64,000 bases of DNA, taken from NCBI RefSeq assembly GCF_009914755.1, contig NC_060933.1. One strand, written 5' to 3'. The translations under genes and the position numbers were made by a program. The notes under the pieces were generated by a model, which saw only the letters and a program-made list of their open reading frames with translations, made no database searches and was not told the DNA's origin. Source of the DNA: the human T2T-CHM13v2.0 reference genome, Homo sapiens. Positions within the stretch are counted from its first letter, which is position 1, and each line of letters starts with the position of its first letter. This document shows positions 28,301-40,965 of the stretch, piece by piece.

Positions 28301-28439
28301 CTATGAGTTGTTAATTGTGGCACTACCACAATTGTGGTTGCTATATATTTCCAGGAATCAGAGTAATTTATATCACTTGAAGGTCTTGGGGTTAGCATCT
28401 TAATGCCTTTCAAATTGAACACTTTCTAGAATTTCATTT

Positions 28440-30128
28440 TCTAATACAGTAGCCACTAGGCATATGGATATTTAGATTTCAAATTTGGTTTAAAAACTCA
28501 GAACCAAAAAAGAGCCTCTATAGTGAAGACAATCCTAAGCAAAAGCAACAAAGCTGGAGGCATCATGCTACCTAACTTCAAACAATATTACAAGGCTACA
28601 GTATGGTACTGGCACCCAAACAGATATATAGACCAATGGAATAGAACAGAGCCCTCAGAAATAACACCACACGTCTACAACCATCTGATCTTTGACAAAC
28701 CTGACAAAAACAAGCAATGGGGAGAGGATTCCCCATTTCATAAATGGCGTTGGGAAAACTGGCTAGCCATATGCAGAAAATGGAAACCGGACGCCTTTAC
28801 ACCTTATACAAAAATCAACTCAAGATGGATTAAAGATTAAAATGTAAGACCTAAAACCATAAAAACCCTAGAAGAAAACCTAGGCAATACCATTCAGGAC
28901 ATAGGCATGGGCAAGGACTTCATGAATAAACACCAAAAACAATTGCAACAAAAGCCAAGATTGACAAATGGGATCTAATTAAACTAAAGAGCTTCTGCAC
29001 AGCAAAAGAAACTATCATCAGAGTGAACAGGCAACCTACAGAATGGGAGAAAATTTTTGCAATCTATCCATCTGACAAAGGGCTAATATCCAGAATCTAC
29101 AAGGAACTTAAACAAATTTACAAGAAAAAAAACAAACAACCCCATCAAAAAGTGGGTGATGAATATGAACAGACACTTTCCAAAAGAAGACATTTTCATG
29201 GCCAACAAACACATGAAAAAAAGATCATCACTGGTCATCAAAGAAATGCAAATCAAAACCACAATGAGATACCTTCTCACACCAGTTAGAATGGCAATCA
29301 TTAAAAAGTCAAGAAACAACAGATGGTGGAGAGGATGTGGAGAAATAGGAATGCTTTTACAGTGTTGGTGGGAGTGTAAATTAGTTCAACCCTTGTGGAA
29401 CACAGTGTGGCGATCTCTCAATGATCTAGAACTAGAAATACCATTTGACTCAGCAATCCCATTACTGGGCATATACCCAAAGAATTATAAATCATTCTAC
29501 TATAAAGACACATGTACATGTATGTTTATTTTAACACTATTTACAATAGCAAAGACTTGGAATCAACCCAAATGCCTATCAATGATAGAGTGGATAAAGA
29601 AAATGTGGCACATATACACCATGGAATACTATGTAGCCATAAAAAAGAATGAGTTCACGTCTTTTGCAGGGATACAGATGAAGCTAGAAACCATCATTCT
29701 CAGCAAACTAACACAGGGACAGAAAACCAAACACCGCATGTTCTCACTCATAATCGGGAACTGAACAATGAAAACATATGGGCACAGGGAGGGGACCATC
29801 ACACACCAGGGCCTGTCAGCAGGTTGGGGGAAAGGGGAGAGATAGCATTAGGAGAAATACCTAATGTAAATGATAGATTGATGGGTGCAGCAAACCACCA
29901 TGGCGCATGTATAGCTATGTATACAAACCCGCATGTTCTGCACGTGTATCCCAGAACTTAAAGTATAATAAAAATAAATAAATAAATACAAAACAACTCA
30001 GTTCCTAGATAGTACAAGCCGCATTTAAAGGGCTCAACAGCCACATATGGCTAGTTGCTATTGTAATGGATAACACCAATATAGAATATTTCTATCATCA
30101 CAGAAAGTTTAGAGAATAGTATTAGCCT
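28440..30128. mobile_element. MER3 (hAT-Charlie) DNA transposon split by an L1PA insertion (pieces 28440-28500 and 29995-30128)
   Basis: aatacagtagccactag...aaaactca | gttcc...agccacatatggctag...atagaatatttctatcatcacagaaagtt. Confidence 0.8.
28501..29990 (+). mobile_element. 5'-truncated L1PA7-like element, about 1.5 kb
   Basis: ORF2 C-terminal peptides (ORFs 28523-29764), 3'UTR and A-tail; TSD aaaaactcag / acaactcag. Confidence 0.95.
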
Positions 30129-30540
30129 AGGGAATTTCTTTTAATAGTCAATCACTGGTGAAAGTTGATACATGTAAGCTGTTTTGATAAGCTCACTAGG
30201 ACATAGCTGTTATGTGATTAATATCATGCTAACTCCATGGCTTTTAATACAAAGTATGACTTCTAGCATAGATTTATTTTTCTTAAATTACATTTAAGAC
30301 TCTGTATAGTGTGAATTTTAATCAATTGTGGTAAAATAATAATTATCAGAATAATAATCACCCTAATACTACAAACTTTTATACGTAATAGGCATAAGTT
30401 TATCGAGTTTAGTTAACGTATTCACAATTCCACAGTTAACAGTGGTAGGTAAATTGTCGTTCCTTCCTGTGATCTCCAGCACTAGGCAGGTCAAGATTAT
30501 CCTCTCCCATAAATGAGATAAAAATATGTAAACACTTTAT
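30078..30540 (+). repeat. Left arm (source copy) of a 463-bp inverted repeat
   Basis: Reverse complement of 31528-31990 with 6 substitutions and no indels. Confidence 0.97.
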
Positions 30541-31301
30541 CACAGTGTTTATCATATAATAATCATTTACTAAATGAAACTTATGATTATAATTATTATA
30601 GTACTTTAGACATTTAATCTACCTGAATTGCTCAACTAATTTTTAAATGAAGCAACATGAGTAGAAAATACATATTGAATGTATTGTATAAGAAACAAAA
30701 ATATAAATACATCAGCAAGTATAAATAAATAAGGTACCATTAAATGAACAGAGATCAAGGGATGAGAGAAATAATGAATAATTCAACTAAAACATATAAT
30801 TATGAATGCTTGCTAGAGTCCTAGACAGATGGCACTGCTACTTTATAGCTACTGGTAGGATGTGATATTGCCATAAGCTTGGTAAATAATTCTTATATTG
30901 TTTATCTTCACAAAGTAAATTTTTTCAAATATTCAGTTCTGAGAAACTTTTTACTCTCATCATATAGTCTATTAGTTTTCCTTTCTTATTTTTATAAGGC
31001 AATCAAGTAAACATATAATGTTATTGTTACTGAATATTTCCAAGAAAGAACTTTATGTTAAAAATATTTTTCTGCAAAAAAATTTGCTTTGTATCAAGGA
31101 AGCTGATTCCCTTGGTGTCAAAAAGTCTTGGATATAAAATATTTGTATTTTTAATAAAGGATATTAAATAGAAATGACAAAAAGCATATTTAAACTTACA
31201 TTTTAATTGATTTCTTTCCCATGGCCTGATTTTAAGGGCAGTAGTAAATTTGTGACCAGTTAAGAAGCAAATAGATTATAGAATATATCTGGAAAACTTG
31301 C

Positions 31302-31528
31302 AGCAAAGACTTGGAATCAACCCAAATGCCTATCAATGATAGACTGGATAACGAAAATGTGGCACATATACACCATGGAATACTATGCAGCCATAAAAAA
31401 CAATGAGTTCATGTCCTTTGCAGGGACATAGATGAAGCTGGAAACCATCATTCTCAGCAAACTAACACAGGGACAGAAAATCAAACACCACATGTTCTCA
31501 CTCATAATCTGGAACTGAACCATGGAAA
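31302..31528 (+). repeat. 227-bp direct copy of L1 segment 29548-29774
   Basis: Shares variants with the neighbouring L1 (ggaatcaacc, tgcctatc, agatgaag, cagggacag, cataatc); no L1 3' end or poly(A). Confidence 0.88.
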
Positions 31529-31990
31529 TAAAGTGTTTACATATTTTTATCTCATTTATGGGAGAGGATAATCTTGACCTGCCTAGTGCTGGAGATCACA
31601 GGAAGGAATGACAATTTACCTACCACTGTTAACTGTGGAATTGTGAATATGTTAACTAAACTTGATAAACTTATGCCTATTACATATAAAAGTTTGTAGC
31701 ATTAGGGTGACTATTATTCTGATAATTATTATTTTACCACAATTGATTAAAATTCACACTATACAGAGTCTTAAATGTAATTTAAGAAAAATAAATCTAT
31801 GCTAGAAGTCATACTTTGTATTAAAAGCCATGGAGTTAGCATGATATTAATCACATAACAGCTATGTCCTAGTGAGCTTATCAAAACAGCTTACATGTAT
31901 CAACTTTCACCAGTGATTGACTATTAAAAGAAATTCCCTAGGCTAATACTATTCTCTAAACTTTCTGTGATGATAGAAATATTCTATATT
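31528..31990 (-). repeat. Right arm (inserted copy) of the 463-bp inverted repeat
   Basis: Reverse complement of 30078-30540; followed by tctggaaaact, which also occurs at 31288-31298. Confidence 0.97.
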
Positions 31991-33254
31991 TCTGGAAAAC
32001 TGTTTTTGTGTGATTTTAGTAGACATAGAACCCTAGCATTTATAGAATATAAAATTGAGCATTCTCTGCTGTATTATATATTGTATCCAATGGCATTAAA
32101 AGTTATTTAAAGAATGAGAAAAAATATGAGTAGATTTAAATACTGGAAGAATATAAAATGGTAAAAAGCTGACAAAATTAGATATTGTTTACATTTCAAG
32201 TACCCATATTCTTTCTTGGGAAGAACAGAGTAAAACAAGACTACACAAATTAAATCAAAATAATGCATTCTAGGCGTTAAAGGTTTCTTGTTTTACTGCC
32301 AATATTGTGCAGCTGAAATTTTAAAAAAAATACATGAAAACACGTACAATTATCACATATAAAAGTAGACTATCATTTCTACCCCTTACAACGTAAAAAT
32401 TAGCTAATGTAGACAAATGGGGTTATGCCAACAGTCATTACTCATAATCACTGATGTTGAAACGATCAGAATTTTATCCACACAATAGGAAATACAGAAT
32501 ATGTTGATTTCAAACTTCTCTAAAACAGAGAAGATTTACAATGTAAAATATCTGTATTAGATGCTGATGTCTTAAAACATTATAACCTAATTTGTGTCAA
32601 AATAAAAAAATTAGAAAATCAAATTAGTCTAAGAAAGTAAAAATTGAATATATATATATATATTCCCCAATGCAGTACTAATCATTTCAAACATTTGATA
32701 TTTCCATTCACAAAATTTTTAGTACATTTCAGAATGTTGATACAGATCTTTGAGGCAAAATAAATATCAAGGAAGTTAAAAAGAACTTGATTTAAAAATA
32801 CTCATGGCTTCTTTTAAATTGGTAAAAATTTAACAAGATTTGTTTTCTGATTTAATACACTCTCAGTTGATAGTTGTGTTGCTATTTGAAACAATATGAC
32901 TGATTTCTTTTTACATATCTTGCTTGTGTATTTGAATATTGGATCTTTTAGCCATAGAGAATCATGATTCTTATTTAATTTAAAGTGCTGTTATATTTTC
33001 TACAATACAGCATGATTTTTAAAAGGTACGTATCATTGTAAAATTAATTTGTTTTATTGCTGTCTCTCCCTTCACCTGTGTAGTTAATGGGAAAGGCCAT
33101 GTTTTGCCCTTGTAAATGTACTTTCTCTCAAATTCTTTTCTTAATCAAAATATTAGTTAAAATTTTATGCTTCATGTTGATAAATGATTACAAAATACAA
33201 AGTAATGAGAAACACTATTCAAATGCAAAACATAAGTAATAGCAAGTTAGACAT

Positions 33255-33355
33255 TTATTTATGTATTTATGTATGTATGTATATATTTATTTATTTATTT
33301 AAGACAAGGTCTCTCTCTGTTGTCTAGGTTGGAGTGCAGTGATGCTATCATGATC
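33255..33355 (-). mobile_element. Alu (J/monomer-type) 3' fragment
   Basis: (TTTA)n tail followed by agacaaggtctctctctgttgtctaggttggagtgcagtg. Confidence 0.8.
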
Positions 33356-33814
33356 TCTCTCTCTCTTTCCAGCCTTCTATGTATTTAAATATAAGCTGCA
33401 TTCATTTTTCTTTCGTTCCTTTTTGTTTTTTTGTTTTTTTTTTTTGGTTTGCTTGTTCACAAGCCACTCATTTGCTTTTGTTGCCTGTCTATCCAGACTT
33501 GATTTTTAGTGTCCCAGTTTATGCTTTTGGGGTGTTATTTTCATTTTGTTTTGTTTTTCTCCTTTTTATGTAGCTTTTAAAAGTCAAGAAATGTGCTAAA
33601 TTTAATCCCTACTTGGGTCTTTACTGTGTAAATTATTCTCTTCCTTATTTATTCAATGTGTCCATCAACCCAAAGTTTAATTTCCATCAGTCTTAGGCCA
33701 TTTCTCATACCCATCTTGTTTGCTCCCAATATTTTCAATTTTCTATTTTCTTCTTATAGCTGTAAAACTGTAAAACTTTCAATTATCACATATTAATTTT
33801 CTACAAATTAATTT

Positions 33815-34120
33815 TAAAAAATGAAAACCCAGTGGAAAATAGACAAGCAGTTCTTTCAACAAGTATAGTCCACAAAATTATAAAATGTACTCAACATAAT
33901 CAGTTATAAAAGCAATTTCAAACTAAAACATTAAGGACACATTATTATATACTCACTGGATCGACAAAAGAAAAAAAAAATCAATAGAATGTATTAGCCA
34001 GGATCTGAAGCAACAGGAACTCATATGTTCCTAGTGAAAACATATATTAATATAACTACCTTGTAAAAATGTTTGGCATTACCTAGTGAATGTTGTAAAA
34101 CTGAATAGATGAATTTCCTA
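33815..34120 (+). mobile_element. Decayed L1ME fragment
   Basis: aagcaacaggaactcat and actaccttg..aaatgtttggcattacctagtgaa motifs. Confidence 0.55.
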
Positions 34121-34155
34121 TGGTGGTTATGAGAACAGGCTAGCATTAAGCTAGG

Positions 34156-34794
34156 TGTGACAGGCAAAATTTGAGTAATTGCACTCTAAGATTATCCACC
34201 CCCAAACCCTGGGATTGTAAAGCCAATGAGATATCATGCGCATAAATAGGTCACATGACAAAAGGGACTTTACAGATGTTGTGAAGGTTACTAATTAATT
34301 TATCTAAAAACAGAGATATCCTAGATTATCTTGTGGGCAAAACATAATCACTTGTTTTTCACAGGCAAAAAGCTTTCCCTGGCTCATGGCAGAAAAAGAA
34401 ATCAGAGAGATTTGAAGCATGACAAGGGCAGACTGTGGTTTTAAGACAGAAATATCCATTTGAAATAGAATGTACATGACCTTAAGCAGCCAAGGGCCGC
34501 CCCTTGCCGGCAGACAGCAAGAAAATGGCAATTTTAGCCATTCAAACACCAGGAACTGAATTCTCCTAGTAACAGGCATGAAAAAAAAAAAAGAAACAAA
34601 AACAAAAACAAAAAACAGTTCTCCAGATAGGAATGCAGATAGCCAACACTTTGATTTCAGCCTCCCGTGTCTCAAGAGCAGACTTCAACCTATCATCCTG
34701 CACTTCTGTCCTACAAAGTTGTGAGTGAATAAATAGGTATTATTTTGAACCATTAAGTTTGTGGTTTGTTACACAGCAACAGCAAATGCATACA
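34156..34794 (+). mobile_element. MLT1E/D-like MaLR solo LTR
   Basis: TG...CA ends; aagggactttacagatg and taagtttgtggtttgttacacagcaac motifs; TSD ctagg/ccagg. Confidence 0.8.
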
Positions 34795-35237
34795 CCAGGC
34801 AAAACATGCCTTCAAAATCTCAAAGGCCAAACACGTAAAAATGACTTTCTTAATCTCCCTTCTCTCTCAAAACAAAAAGCTATTGTGGGTTTAGTAGTGA
34901 GGTTTTCTACTTCACATGGAAGACACTCATGGAACAAGATGGCAGCCTTCACAATTAAGAGTATCATTGGTCATATGGCTAAGGAGCAAAGCCAGACTCA
35001 AAAAACCCCAATGGTTCAGAATTGACACATATCACTTCTCCTCATGTTTAATGAGCTGGAACCAGGCAAACTGCCCTTCCAAAGTGCCAAAGAACTGAAA
35101 AGTAATGTCCCATGTATTCTCAGGAAGGAAAAGGGAACTGGATGACGTTAATACTAACACATTCTGCCCTTAACATCACCTAATAATTACTTTTCTTTCC
35201 TCACTCACAAAACTTTGTTGTCTCTCTAATCATCTTC

Positions 35238-35309
35238 ATTTATATTTTATTTTATTTTATTTTATTATTATTATTATTATACTTTAAGTTTTAGGGTACA
35301 TGTGACAAT
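35238..35309 (-). mobile_element. About 70-bp young L1PA 3' terminus
   Basis: ttattatactttaagttttagggtacatgtg with a T-rich tail. Confidence 0.85.
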
Positions 35310-35754
35310 TATGCTAAACTCATATTTTTTAATTTTAATACCTTAACATAGTCAATGACACCTGACATATACAACTGACATTCTTTATTCTGAATTTTTT
35401 CTTTAGAGTCACCCTCTTTAGAGTCTACCCTCTTAAATTACCCCAAGTACCTTTTTAATTAAACCTTTTATTTAGATATAATTGTAGGTTCATATAAGAG
35501 AAAGATCTTATTACCCTTTAATCTGTTTTCCCCAGTGATAACATCTTGAAAAATTAGAGTAGAATATCACAACCTCATATTGACATTGATACAGTAAAGA
35601 TAAGACCATTTCCCTCACTACAAAGACCCCTCAGGTAGCCTTTTATAGTCACCCACATTCCCCCGTCCCATTCCCTCCATAACCCCTTCTAACCATTAGT
35701 CTGTTCCCATTTCCTATATTTTTGTGATTTCAAGAATTTTTGTTATTTCAAGAA

Positions 35755-36058
35755 TTTTTGTTTTTGTTTGTTCAGAGTCTCACTCTGTCACCCAGGCTGA
35801 AGTGCAACGGCAAGATCATAGTTCACTGCAGCCTCAACTCCCCAGGCTCAAGCAGTCCTCCCGCCTTAGCCTCCCAAGTAGCTGAGACCAAGGCTAATGT
35901 CACCATGCCCATCTACTTTTCTCATTATTTATTTATTGCATACATACGGGAGTCTCACTTTGTTTTCCAGACTAGTCTCAAACTCCTAGGCTCAAGGGAT
36001 CCTCCCACCTCAGCTTCCCAAAGTGCTGTGATTACAGGCATGAGCCACTGTGCCTGGC
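35755..36058 (-). mobile_element. AluJ (Jo/Jr-like)
   Basis: atcatagttcactgcagcctcaactcc and ggctcaagggatcctcccacc motifs. Confidence 0.9.
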
Positions 36059-36915
36059 CTTAAAAATGTTATATAACTGGAATCTTGCAGTGCATAACTT
36101 GGGGGATTGTTTTTATTACTTAAGATAATTACCTGGAGATTCATTCAGGTTTATTTTGTGTCAGTGGTTTAGTTCTTTCCTTGCTGCATATGGAATGGTT
36201 GTATGATATTTCTTTAGTCATATGGGCTTCTTCCAGTTTCTGGTCATTATTAAATAAAGCCGTTATAATATTTGTCTATAGGATGTTATGAGACCAGTTC
36301 TTCACTTCTCTTGAATAAATGCCCAGGAGTGCAATGGCTAGGTCCTATGGTAATTGCAGGTTTAGTATTTTAAGAAAATGCCAAACTTTTCCTCACAGTG
36401 GATGTGCTATTTTACATGCCCGCCAGTTTTGTATAAATGATTCCACGTTTTTACCACTATTTGACAACATTATTTTTTTTTATTTTAGCCATTCTGATAG
36501 GTGTGTGAAAGTATCTCATAATTGTTTTAATTTAAATTTCCCTAATAATTAGTGATTTAAACTGTTTTGGTTGTTTTGTTTGACATCTATATATCTTCTT
36601 TAATGAAATATCTCATGTTTTGCCTACGTTCTCATTGATGTTTGTTTTATTAATTTTGTGTTGTGGGTTATTTATATATTATAGATACTAGTTCTTTGTA
36701 GAATATGTTGTTTGCAAATATTTTCACCTACTCTGTATATTGTCTATTAAGCCTCTTAACAGTTTCATGTTCAGAAAGATACAACTGAAATTCAATTGCT
36801 CATTTTTTCCTTTTATGGATAGTGGTTTTCATGTCAAGTTTTAGTATTCACTCCCAAGATTGATACGCTGAAGGTTTCCTCCAATGTTTGTTCTGAAGTT
36901 TTCTAGGTTTCAATC

Positions 36916-36990
36916 TTATCTATTATCTATCTATCTCTCTCTCTCTATCTCTCTATCTATCTATCTATCTATCATCTAACAATCATCTAT
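36916..36990. repeat. (TCTA)n/(TC)n compound microsatellite
   Basis: Visible directly in the sequence. Confidence 0.9.
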
Positions 36991-38458
36991 TTTCAAGATC
37001 AAATGAGTTTTTTTTTGAGTTAATTTCTATATAAATGTGAGGTTTAGGTTGAGATTTTTTCTTCTGTCTTTTAAAATTTTACTGAATATTTTTACTGAAT
37101 ACTGAATATTCAACTGTCCCAACATTTGTTGAAGAGCTTATCTTTCCTCTATTGACTGTATTCACACTTAAATTCAATCAGGCATAATTGTAGGGGTTTA
37201 TTTCTGAGACTTTTTTGTTCTTTTCATCTAAGCATATATCCCTCTACCAGTAGCACATGGTCTTGAATAATGTGGCTGAATAATATTTTGAAATGAAGTA
37301 GACTGATTTTCTCCCACTTTATCTTTATAAAAGTCATTTTAGCTATTGTAATTTCTTTGTATTTATATATACATTTTAGAATAATCTTCTCTATAGCAGC
37401 AAAATATATTTTTGGAATTTTTAAAGGAATTGAAAATGTCTATTTATCAGTTTTAGGAGTATTGACATTTTATTATGTTAAATCTTTCAATCCATGTGCA
37501 CTATATGCCTCTACATTTATTTAGGTTTTCTTTCTTTCTGATATGATTTGAAGTGTTCACCATACAAGTCATACACATCTTTTTCTTATATTTGTGCATA
37601 AGTTTTTTGGGTGATGTAAATGGTATTTTCAATTTATATATCCAATGTGTTCATTGAAAGTATTACATATTATATTGATTTTTGTATGCTTATCCTGTGA
37701 TAAATATATTCGGCTGCATAATTTTATGTTTATCCTTTGACCTTGATAAACTCAGTTGATGGTTTCTAGGAGCACTGCAAATCCTTAGAATTTTCTATGT
37801 TATAAACTATGTCATCTGCAAAGATAAACTATTTTATTTCTACTTGAAAGGAATATGTACCCTGAAATTGGATGAAGTATTCTGTAAATGTTGATTAGAT
37901 CCTACTGGTTGATGGTGTTGTTGAGTTCTTATATATTTTTGCCAATTTGTCTAGTTTATCTATTAAGCATTAAGAAAGTGGTGTTGATGTCTCCAACTAT
38001 AATTTTGCATTTGTCTATTTTTCCTTTCAATTCTGTTTTTGTTTTGCATAATTTGCAGCTCTGCTGTTTACTGCATATACCTTTAAAATTACCATTTCTT
38101 TCAATGGACAGAACCTGTCTTCATTTTATGTCTTTGTCACTAGAAAGTTAATTTGCCCTGACATCTGCTTTTCATGATACTAATATGGCTACTCCAGCTT
38201 CTTTTATAAAAAGTTTGTGTTATATTTCTCTTTCCCCTTTTACTTTGAACCTGTCTTCATTATATTTGAAGTGAGTTTCTAGTAGAAAACATAGAGTTTG
38301 GTAATGTGTATTCCACTTTCCTAGTCTCTGTCTCTTAATTGGAATGTTTTGAAGATAACATTGAATGTAATTATTGATATGCTAGGGCTTAAATCTGCCA
38401 TTTTATTTTTTGATTTTTGTTTTGTCTGCTTTTTGTCCTATATACCTGTGGATTGCAT

Positions 38459-39532
38459 TGTTGCGGGAAGTCAGGGACCCCAAACGGAGGGACCGACTGA
38501 AGCCATGGCAGAAGAACATGGATTGTGAAGATTTCATGGACATTTATTAGTTCCCCAAATTAATACTTTTATAATTTCTTATGCCTGTCTTTACTGCAAT
38601 CTCTAAACATAAATTGTGAAGATTTCATGGACACTTATCACTTCCCCAATCAATACCCTTGTGATTTCCTATGCCTGTCTTTAGTTTAATCTCATAATCC
38701 TGTCATTTTGTAAACTGAGGAGGATGTATGTCGCTTCAGGACCCTGTGATAATTGCATTAACTGCACAAATTGTAGAGCATGTGTGTTTGAACAATATGA
38801 AATCTGGGCACCTTGATAAAAGAACAGGATAACGGCAATGTTTAGGGAACAAGAGAGATAACCTTAAACTGACCGCCGGTGAGCCAGGTAGAACAGAGCC
38901 GTATTTCTCTTCTTTCAAAAGCAAATGGGAGAAATATCACTGAATTCTTTTTCTCAGCAAGGAACATCCCTGGGAAAGAGAATATGCGCCTGGGGGTGGG
39001 TCTATAGATGGCCCCCCTGGGTGTGGTCGTCCTCTATGGTCGAGACTGTAGGGGTGAAATAGACCCCAGTCTCCCATAGTGCTCCCAGGATTATTAGGAA
39101 GAGGAAATTGCTGTCTAATCAATTTTGGTCAGACAGGTTGCTCTCAAAACCCTGTCTCCTGATAAGATATTATCAATGACAGTGGTGCCCGAAACTTCAT
39201 TAGCAATTTTAATTTCAGCCCAGTCCTGTGGCCCTGTGATCTCGCCCTGCCTCCATTTGCCTTGTGATATTCTATTACCTTGTGAAGTACATGATCTCTG
39301 TGACCCACACCCTATTCGTACACTCCCTCCCCTTTTGAAAATCCCTAATAAAACCTTGCTGGTTTTGCAGCTTGTGGGGCATCACAAAACCTACCAACAT
39401 GTGATGTCTCCCCTGGATGCCCAGCTTTAAAATTTCTCTCTTTTGTACTCTGTCCCTTTATTTCTCAAACCGGCTGACGCTTAGGGAAAATAGAAAAGAA
39501 CCTACGTGACTATCAGGGCAGGTTTCCCAATA
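38459..39532 (+). mobile_element. MER11 solo LTR (ERVK/HML-8), 1074 bp
   Basis: Starts tgttgcgggaagtcagggacccc; internal repeat attgtgaagatttcatggaca x2; AATAAA near 39346; perfect 6-bp TSD ttgcat (38453-38458 / 39533-39538). Confidence 0.95.
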
Positions 39533-40799
39533 TTGCATGTTTTAGAAGTTTATTTGTTTGATCTTATTTTTGAGTGTGTCTCTTTGGACAGCCTTTACAG
39601 TATCTGATCTAAGTATTACATTATATACACACTACTTAGAGTCTACTGGTGTCATTTTATCCGTTTGAGTGAAGTGCAGAAACCTTAGTTCTCTTTACAT
39701 CCCCGTACTCTCTCCATTTATTATATCAAATTCTTATATATTTATTCCACATACATTCAGTACTACATCAGATAATGTTATAATTTTCACTTTAGCTGTC
39801 AAACATATTTAAGAAGGCTGAAGAGGGGAAGGAACAGTGTTAGGAAATAGTCAAGACATAGAGTATTTCTATTGAATCGAGGCCATGGAGTGTTCAGAGT
39901 TGACCTATATGGATATCTTTAATTACATACCATTCTGTCATGTTTTGATTAGCAGTCTCAAGGAAAAGAGGGACAACCCTAAGTAAAGACAACTGTGAGA
40001 AGCAAAGAAGGTAGATTGAAAAGAAAAACTTCACCAATGTGATAATAAATAATAAATTTAAAACATAATGAAGTAAAATTTAAAAACGTAGTTATAATAG
40101 ATAAAAGTAAAACTAAGAAATTTAGTAGTGTTTGCAAGTACTACTTGGAACAGATTGTTAAAAAATAAAAACGTCAATATCATTCTTCAATACTATGAGA
40201 TCATATAACTTTTTCTATTGTGCTATTTTTATTATTGTCATCATGAGCAGCTCGTGTTCTTAACCATAATTGTTTGTGTACCTAATCTCTGAATCATTGT
40301 GACGACTATACAACTGTTCAATCCTGAAATAGTGGAAATATGAAAAATCTATTATTAGGTTGTACCAGATAAATGAAAAAACTAACATGGATGAATTACG
40401 GATTAGAAAGTAGAAAAAAGAGAACAGTGACTATCAACAGACACTCAAAAATAGCTGTAGATACATGTAAAAAATTAATATTTTCATCATGATTATCCTT
40501 GAATCATAGTTTGTTGCATTCTTAAAAATAGGTTTGACATCCTTTCAACTAAAATATGTTTAATAATTGGAAAAAAGTGGTTTGCATCTATATAGGACTG
40601 AAAGAGGTGTCCTCAAATGGTTTGATTTTTAATTTGAGCAAAGCTTTATCTCACTTTCTATTAATGTGTTCACAATGTACTCATAAAACAACATGTGTAC
40701 TCATAAAGATCTGACCCTAATCCATTGAGGTTCTTGTTGCCCTCTTCATTGTGGAGGAACTTTTTTTGAAAATTATAAGTTGTTTTGTTGGTTTCTTTT

Positions 40800-40965
40800 T
40801 ACTTTTTTTTCCCACTTTATTGAGATCAATTAACAAATAAAGTTGGATCTATTTAAGTTGTTCAATTTGATTTTTGTTATATAGTATACATTATGAAATG
40901 GTAGCCACAATTAAGTTAGTTAACATATTCGTCACCTTACATAGGTACCATTTTCCTTTTTCTTT
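40800..40965 (-). mobile_element. L1MA-like 3' terminal fragment
   Basis: tttattgagat..ttaacaaataaa..tacattatgaaatg..agttaacatattcgtcacc. Confidence 0.7.

Larger units (their letters stand above)
35450..39830 (-). mobile_element. L1MC/MD-like remnant interrupted by AluJ and MER11
   Basis: Antisense 3'UTR (aatatcacaacc..attgacattgatacagt) and ORF2/EN patches on both sides of the LTR. Confidence 0.75.

Noticed and set aside
31288-32001. L1 3' transduction or twin-primed retrocopy explanation for the insert
   Set aside because: No poly(A) at either end, the L1 piece lacks the 3' terminus, and the segment order does not fit twin priming of a sense transcript.
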